The position numbers and the translations under genes are program-made. The notes beneath the pieces were generated by a model. It was not told where the DNA came from. It made no database searches and saw nothing but the letters and a program-made list of their open reading frames with translations. From assembly GCF_006345805.1 (NCBI RefSeq), contig NW_021825589.1, forward strand, positions 1-15,004: a stretch of 15,004 nt of DNA, given 5' to 3'. Below are positions 8,736 through 15,004 of this stretch, one piece after another. The DNA is from Octopus sinensis (lineage: Eukaryota). Every line of letters begins with the position of its first letter. Position 1 is the first letter of the stretch.

Positions 8736-9172
8736 TTACTTCTCAGAACTTTCGGTCTGTTCTGAAAGATTCTGTGAGAGCGGAGGGCAGCCTGCTCTCA
8801 GAGGTCTTTCGCACATTAAAAACTTTGATAATTGGTTGCTTATAATCGCGGGAGATATTCAACATCCAAGTACCAATCTCAAAATCCTAGCTGGCCCCAG
8901 CAGAGCAGTTTTTTTTTTAGATTTGCTCTGGTCTCATGTCAATTCCGATTTCTTTGACATATTTCTCGAAATTGGTTCTTAGTGCTCCGAGTGCCCCTAC
9001 AACTACTGGAATGACAGACACTCTGCTCATAATCCACATTCGTGCAATTTCGTCTTTTAGTAGTCTGCACTTTTCGATCTTTTCTAGTTTTTTGTCACTT
9101 ATGCCTGCATCTCCAGGTATTGCCATATCAATGATCTTGGTTTCCTTTTTTCTTCTATCTACCGCAACAATT
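8736..9172 (-). mobile_element. 5'-truncated R4/Dong-like non-LTR retrotransposon (RLE domain C-terminus plus 3' UTR), copy A, inactive
   Basis: IVAVDRRKKETKIIDMAIPGDAGISDKKLEKIEKCRLLKDEIARMW...VIPVVVGALG, then a premature TAA (8917-8919) and a frameshift in an A-run, then TALLGPARILRLVLGC* (stop 8859-8861). This is the typical C-terminus of R4-clade ORFs. Confidence 0.88.
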
Positions 9173-9191
9173 CCCTTTTGTGTACAACGTC

Positions 9192-9260
9192 ATTTCCGTT
9201 GGTAGTTGTCATTCAACATCACTTCCGTTGGCCAGTTGGGATTGATTTACTTCCGTTGGC
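9192..9260 (-). promoter_or_regulatory. Three copies of CCAACGGAA(G/A)T at 28-29 bp spacing (ETS/Myb/CRE-like)
   Basis: Plus-strand TTCCGTTGG at 9194, 9223 and 9251. The repeat is certain; regulatory function is only inferred. Confidence 0.35.
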
Positions 9261-9642
9261 ATATAATAGTCTTTTAAGCAGCAAGGGTTACGACAAATGG
9301 CTGGTCTCTGTTAATTTCTCTGCAGCACGTGTGGTTTTATTTATATGTAGAATAATTTTGTAGGGATATATTTATTTTATTAGTTTCCAATGTTTACAGT
9401 TCTTAGGTAACAAGTAAGTGTTAACGTAATGGGTATACTATGCTAATGTTTTGCAATAGCAACACCCAGCTGCTAGAAATCCAAACTTATACTTGTGATC
9501 TACAGTATTACTTAACTTCAGTGGTCAGGAGGTACGAATTTAGTTGCGTCCCACGCTTCGCCTCTCACTTCTATGTGAAGCAGAACATCTGTACAGAACA
9601 TAATATCAATAAATGATAAATAACTTAAGAACAGAAGATTAC

Positions 9643-9750
9643 ATTTGCTTTTTTCATTAAAGAGACATTTCATGTAATGGCTCTGATGATACTTTGGAAT
9701 GACGCGCTTGTACTCAACGTCAAGTGACCGGTTCCTTGTAAACGAAACAA
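9643..9750 (-). CDS. Candidate upstream exon
   Basis: tatacAG / tt+VSFTRNRSLDVEYKRVIPKYHQSHYMKCLFNEKSK+t / GTAATC. Phase 1 to 1, within the listed 9518-9823 ORF. Confidence 0.25.
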
Positions 9751-9834
9751 CTGTATAATCACAACTAAATGTGATTGTATAATATCTTATTATTTCGTCA
9801 GTCATATATTTTCTATCTCTCATAAGATATTTAT

Positions 9835-9960
9835 GTATCTATCTATACATACATACATACATACATACATATAGACAGACAGACAGACAGACATACAGAC
9901 ATACAGACAGACGTATGTACACACACACACACACTCACTCACTCATACGTATATATTATA
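9835..9960. repeat. Compound microsatellite (TATC)/(TACA)/(GACA)/(CA)
   Basis: Directly visible. Confidence 0.92.
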
Positions 9961-10388
9961 CGTATATATTAGTATATATGTTGGGGTATGTGTATGTAAT
10001 ATTTCATGAACTGGATGCTTTTTTCTTTACTTATTGCTTATTTAAAATATTCTCACTCAAAACTATGCATATTTCTTCAGTTATATTACAGCATTCTATA
10101 TATCATTAAAAATATAAATAAATAATAAAACTTAATCTTTTGCTATTTTATCTATTTGGTGGTTGAGGTATGTTTAGCCGCGATGTATTTCCTTTCTACT
10201 ACTGCATGAAACGATTAAAAATATATTTTCTTATCGCTTTGCCTTAGAAATACGGTTTTGAAAATTTGCTAACGAACTCCCGGCTTTAAATTTTCCATAT
10301 CAACTGAAAAGACAGCAAAATATTCGAACAATTTATACATGAATTACATTTTTCTATCGTTTTCTTTCCTTTCATTTTGATATTCACT

Positions 10389-10415
10389 ATTATCATCATC
10401 ATCATCATCATCATC

Positions 10416-10450
<35 letters not shown>

Positions 10451-10516
10451 ATTATTATTATTATTATTATTATTGTTATTATTATTATTATTATTATATT
10501 GTTGTTGTTGTTGTTT
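10389..10516. repeat. Compound microsatellite (ATC)n-(ATT)n-(GTT)n
   Basis: Directly visible. Confidence 0.95.
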
Positions 10517-10805
10517 TTGGGACACGTATCGCACATCGCTCCCATAAGTTTGTTGTTCTTTATATAGTTACATAATGTTATATGTATTCAACTTTTGTTA
10601 TCGCTATATAGATAAACTAACCAGGACCTTTGGGAGCTGGCTAGTTTTACTCCATCTGTAGCCCTTGGGGTTAAGTAGGGGTTTGTTCAGTAAACACGCC
10701 CCTTGATTTTTGATGAAAAAGAAATATGGTGGACGAGGATTGTTCGTCCGTTGAAGAGAACAGCCAGTTATCTGCAGAACAGAAAAGTTAAATTATAAAA
10801 GCCAG

Positions 10806-10844
10806 TAACAGCAGCAGCAGCAGTAACAACAGCAACAGCAGCAA

Positions 10845-10880
<36 letters not shown>
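10806..10880. repeat. (AGC)n/(AAC)n microsatellite
   Basis: Directly visible. Confidence 0.93.
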
Positions 10881-11032
10881 GACAACACATGAAATGTTTG
10901 AAAACAACTTTCAGGTGTTATAAAAGCCAGCACTACCATTACAGGAACAACGAAAGAGATCAATGACAACAAAACACTGCTACCTCCACCACCAACACCA
11001 GTGGCGACAGTAAATCCACTACCATGCACATC

Positions 11033-11033
11033 A

Positions 11034-11092
<59 letters not shown>

Positions 11093-11108
11093 TATTATTT
11101 ATCATTAT
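11033..11108. repeat. (ATT)n microsatellite at the 3' end of LINE copy B
   Basis: Directly visible. Confidence 0.95.
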
Positions 11109-11405
11109 GATTTTCAAATACACTCAACAGATTACACTATTGGAAAAGAAAAGAATCCTAACATTGGGCTACAACAAGTAACCTTAGATGCCAAGAACCC
11201 TCCTAAGTATCCTAGTTGTCCCTAATAATGCTGTTTTCTGAAACTGTACTAAACTGGGTTTTATGCCTATTTCCTCTATCCATCTGTTCAGATATTTAGG
11301 GCTAGTTCCCAATGCACCTGTAACTACTAGATACATTTTATCCGCATTTTCCATAGCCTCTGTAATTCAGTAGCTAAGTCCTGGTACTTTGCTATTTTTT
11401 CTATA
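11109..11405 (-). mobile_element. R4/Dong-like LINE copy B, 3' piece
   Basis: KIAKYQDLATELQRLWKMRIKCI, a frameshift, then VVTGALGTSPKYLNRWIEEIGIKPSLVQFQKTALLGTTRILRRVLGI* (stop 11184-11186) and a short 3' UTR. Confidence 0.9.
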
Positions 11406-11413
11406 ATTCTCAT

Positions 11414-11837
11414 ACTCTTTACTCTTTCTCTTTTACTCTTTTACTTGTTTCAGTCATTTGACTGCGGCCATGCTGGAGCACCGCCTTTAATCGAGCAACT
11501 CGACCCTGGGACTTATTCTTTTGTAAGCCCAGTACTTATTCTATCGGTCTCTTTTGCCGAACCGCTAAGTAACGGGGACATAAACACACCAGCATCGGTT
11601 GTCAAGCAATGCTAGTGGGACAAACACAGACACACAAATACACACACGCATATATATATATATATACATATATACGACGGGCTTCTTTCAGTTTCCGTCT
11701 ACCAAATCCACTCACAAGGCTTTGGTCGGCCCGAGGCTATAGTAGAAGACACTTGCCCAAGGTGCCACGCAGTGGGACTGAACCCAGAACCATGTGATTG
11801 GTAAACAAGCTACTTACCACACAGCCACTCTTGCGCC
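11414..11837 (-). mobile_element. Full-length SINE-B inserted into LINE copy B
   Basis: Minus strand GGCGCAAGAGTGGCTGTGTGGTAAG (A-box-like), GGGTTCAGTCCC (B box), internal TA/TG tract and a (GTAAAAGA)n-like tail. Confidence 0.95.
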
Positions 11838-12368
11838 TATATTAATTTTTTCATCACTTGTCAATTATCTGGCACTTTCTATTCTCTTAATCTACTACTT
11901 CCAAATCAGGCCTTCTAGCTTCTATTACTCTGTCAGTCTGAATGTTATAGTCCCGCAACATCTTGTATTTCTTTTTTTTATAATACTTTACTAGGTTAGT
12001 ATTCATACCATTTATCAGTATGTTTAGATCCTAGCTTTTTACATAACTCCCAGGGGATTGCTCTCCCTAGATAGTCATGTATTTTCTTTTATTCTTTCTG
12101 TGCCTGTATGCTACATTCACTTACTATATGAGTATCCTTTTCTTCTTTTGATTTGCATAATCTACATTGGGAATCTACTTGGTTTTCGGCTATCTTGGCT
12201 TTTTTATCTAATTAGTCTTTAATGCTTGATCTTGTGCTGCTACTAACAAACTTTCTGTTCCCTTCAGCTTTCCTTTCTGCAATCATAACCATGTCTCACT
12301 ACTACTAGTTGCTGCAACTATCTTTGGGAATCTACCATGCAACGACTTCTCCTACCAGTCAGATAATT
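11838..12368 (-). mobile_element. R4/Dong-like LINE copy B, 5' piece (post-RT region, CCHC knuckle, RLE PD-D motif), with stops and frameshifts
   Basis: SLHGRFP...TESLLVAAQDQALKTN...CRLCKSKEEKDTHIVSEC (C-x2-C-x8-H-x4-C, 12113-12166)...KWYEY...DYNIQTDRVIEARRPDL (RPD 11905-11913)...CQIID. Confidence 0.92.
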
Positions 12369-12369
12369 A

Positions 12370-12527
<158 letters not shown>

Positions 12528-12889
12528 GGAGTTTCATTTGTTTGGCAACTGACTTATTCTGAGATTCTATGCTGAACAGTCATGATAGTCATTTCAAATA
12601 CTAATAAACAGAACATTATTTTCCCGTCTGTTCTATTTTGAAATGGTGTTATATACTGAGTCAAAAATTAAAATACCCATCAAATACTTATCTCGATTGT
12701 TTTCTGAGGAATTGTGTCAGTGACCACATCCTAAATGTATGACGAGTTTATTATTTTATTATTCTTTTGGACATTTTATGGCATATGACACCAGCCCCAA
12801 ATATAACAAAAGACAATATACTTTGTTTTTTAAACTATTATCACTCTCTCACGATGTAACTGTATTAGTTTTTCTTTTATATATATAAT

Positions 12890-12893
12890 TATC

Positions 12894-12959
<66 letters not shown>

Positions 12960-12966
12960 CACACAC
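12890..12966. repeat. (TA)n microsatellite
   Basis: Directly visible. Confidence 0.95.
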
Positions 12967-12971
12967 ATATA

Positions 12972-13308
12972 TTCTTTTATTGTTTCAGTCACTTGACTAC
13001 GGCATGCTGAAGCACCACCATTAGTCGAGCAAATCGGTCCCAGAACTTTGTGTGCCTAGTATTTATTCTATTGGTCTATTTTGCCGAACCGCTAAGTTAT
13101 GGGGACGTAAACACACAAGCATCGGTTGTCAAGCGATGCTGGGGGACAAACACAGACACACCAACACACACACATATACGACGGGCTTCTTTCAGTTTCC
13201 GTCTACCAAATCCACTTACAAGGCTTTGGTCGGCCCGAGGCAATAGTAGAAAACACTTGCCCAAAGTGCCACGCAGTGGGACTGAACCCGGAACCATGTG
13301 GTTGGTAA
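12972..13308 (-). mobile_element. SINE-B copy lacking about 30 bp of the 5' head
   Basis: Aligns by eye to 11440-11805 (gtttcagtca...GGGACTGAACCCGGAACCATGTGGTTGGTAA). The A-box region is absent. Confidence 0.93.
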
Positions 13309-13355
13309 TAATCACACATCCATATGTCTGCCTATTTGTCTGAATAGATATATAT

Positions 13356-13396
13356 CCCCCCTCCCTCCCTCCCTCCCTCCCTCCATCCATCCAATC

Positions 13397-13472
<76 letters not shown>

Positions 13473-13530
13473 GGTCTGTCTGTCTGTCTGTTTGTTGTCT
13501 GTCTTCTATCTATCCATTTGTATCTATCTA
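13356..13530. repeat. Compound microsatellite (CCCT)-(CCAT)-(CTAT)-(CTGT)
   Basis: Directly visible. Confidence 0.95.
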
Positions 13531-13581
13531 TCAGTGCGTTTTTTTCTTTTAACATTATACCGTCTAATATTGGGAAGAACT

Positions 13582-13590
13582 GTTTATATA

Positions 13591-13645
<55 letters not shown>
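13582..13645. repeat. (TA)n microsatellite
   Basis: Directly visible. Confidence 0.93.
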
Positions 13646-14539
13646 TGATTGCTAAATTTAAATAATGCAAGATTTGGATTCGGAAAGTAATTTTATAATA
13701 ATTAACCTGGACTAATGAAGTTTGAAATGTTTTAGGTGCTTGTTCTACCTTCTAAAGAGTAAGTCTTAAATAAAGTATTTAATACAAGCTAGTATTAAAT
13801 TACATTATGTTTGGAACAAAAGTGAAAGTATTGTAATAGTTGCGACAGCTTTGATCATATTTCTGCTTCAGCAACGCTGCACTTCAGATAATTAATCAAC
13901 TCGACAACAAAAAAACAAAAACAAAAAAAAATCACCCTCAAAAAGCAAGCAAACAAAATAGAATGGTGTGCTAATAATTCCCGGGTCAACCCTGATATCA
14001 AGTAACCTACGACCAAATATGTTCCGGTTATGAACCTTGCACCATAATTTTTTATTATAATATTTACACTACTTCATTAACCACGTTTCCTTTCTTTATT
14101 TTCTTCCAGATGTTATAGTGTGATATAAAGATTTGTTTCTTAGAATGCCGAATCGCTGAGCAGAAACTCTGTACAAAATCCGTCATTGACATATATAGTT
14201 GGAGTACAATGTAACTGTGTGCCGCTAATTCATGCTTCAACTAAAAGTACGTGTCAAAAATTGAGAGAATTTTCCCATGTCTATAACAAACCTAGCGCGC
14301 AGACCCAGCTAAGTGGAAGTTTATCAAGTGTTTTAGTTAGTCACAGCGATCCAGTTTAACGTGTATAAATTTTTAATCGTATATTTGTTTAAAAAATTGA
14401 AGTATCGGTCACCGGGCCTGAACAACGCTTGCTCAAAGATCCAGTCGACTGGGACCCAAGATACTTGTTTTAATAATCATAGCAAGACAAGGTATGCCTG
14501 CATTTTAAAAGTTTTTCAACTTTTAATCACACATATATA

Positions 14540-15004
14540 AATGGCAGGAAACAAACACATGTTGTTCAAATGATAGAAGTTTGAACTAATTCGCTACGGA
14601 ACAGATCAAGATCTGAAACATACCAAACTACAGAAACCCATCAGACAACAAATAATGGAAAAACAGTATGTGAAAGATTTAGGCATCCACATGGGAACCA
14701 ACCTAAAATTCAGAGAACACCTTGACTCAGTCTGTCTTACTGCAAGAAGTACAGTGGGTGGATCTTGCGCACCTTCAAATCAAGAGATACCTCAACAATG
14801 AAAACCCTCTGGAACAGTATGATACTTCCGAGGATTGACTACTGTTCTCAGTTGTGGTCACCAACAACAAGGGCCAACTATCTAAGATGGAATCGCTCCA
14901 AAGACATTTTACCTCATACTCATACTTCAGAACGAGGGACCTGGACTATTGGCAAAGACTCAAAACCTTGAGGATGTACTCAATAGAAAAGACTTGAGCG
15001 ATAC
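14540..15004 (+). mobile_element. Decayed CR1/L2-group LINE, C-terminal part of the RT ORF, runs off the window
   Basis: KFELIRYG...YVKDLGIHMGTNLKFREHL, a frameshift, SGWILRTFKSRDTSTMKTLWNSMILPRIDYCSQLWSP, a frameshift, then MESLQRHFT...LDYWQRLKTLRMYSIE. Matches the KDLG...F..H...LPRLDYCS..WSP...LE.VQR...Y.ERL pattern of CR1-type LINEs. Confidence 0.88.

Noticed and set aside
10915-11009. Possible plus-strand Thr/Pro-rich exon (ctttcAG...aca/GTAAAT)
   Set aside because: It sits between microsatellites, looks like decayed AAC/ACC repeat, and has no partner exons.
11760-11837. tRNA-like head of SINE-B (and of SINE-A) as tRNA genes
   Set aside because: A and B boxes are present but I could not form a complete cloverleaf, and they continue into SINE bodies.
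14086-14216. Strong plus-strand polypyrimidine acceptor at 14086-14109
   Set aside because: All three frames stop within 20 nt and no supported partner exon exists. At most a non-coding exon.

Overview
AT-rich animal genomic DNA packed with repeats. The SINE types and the very dense compound microsatellites suggest an octopus or other cephalopod; this is inference, no database was consulted. Well supported: (i) two tRNA-derived SINE families, called SINE-A (head GGCGGCGAGCTGGCAG) and SINE-B (head GGCGCA-GAGTGGCTGTGTGG, internal TA/TG microsatellite), each in several copies; (ii) one SINE-A expanded internally into a 184-bp tandem array (7445-8400); (iii) two different decayed R4/Dong-like non-LTR retrotransposons (restriction-like endonuclease type), both on the minus strand and both ending in (AAT)n/(AAC)n tracts, one interrupted by a SINE-B; (iv) a decayed CR1/L2-group LINE fragment running off the right end; (v) a 120-bp retroposed insert with a perfect 13-bp target-site duplication; (vi) many microsatellites. 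Tentative: a spliced minus-strand gene of unrecognised product (four phase-compatible exons at 2041-3468, possible further exons upstream) and a triple ETS/Myb/CRE-like motif cluster at 9192-9260. Most listed ORFs are microsatellite or antisense artefacts. No rRNA, true tRNA gene, CRISPR array or prokaryotic system is seen.
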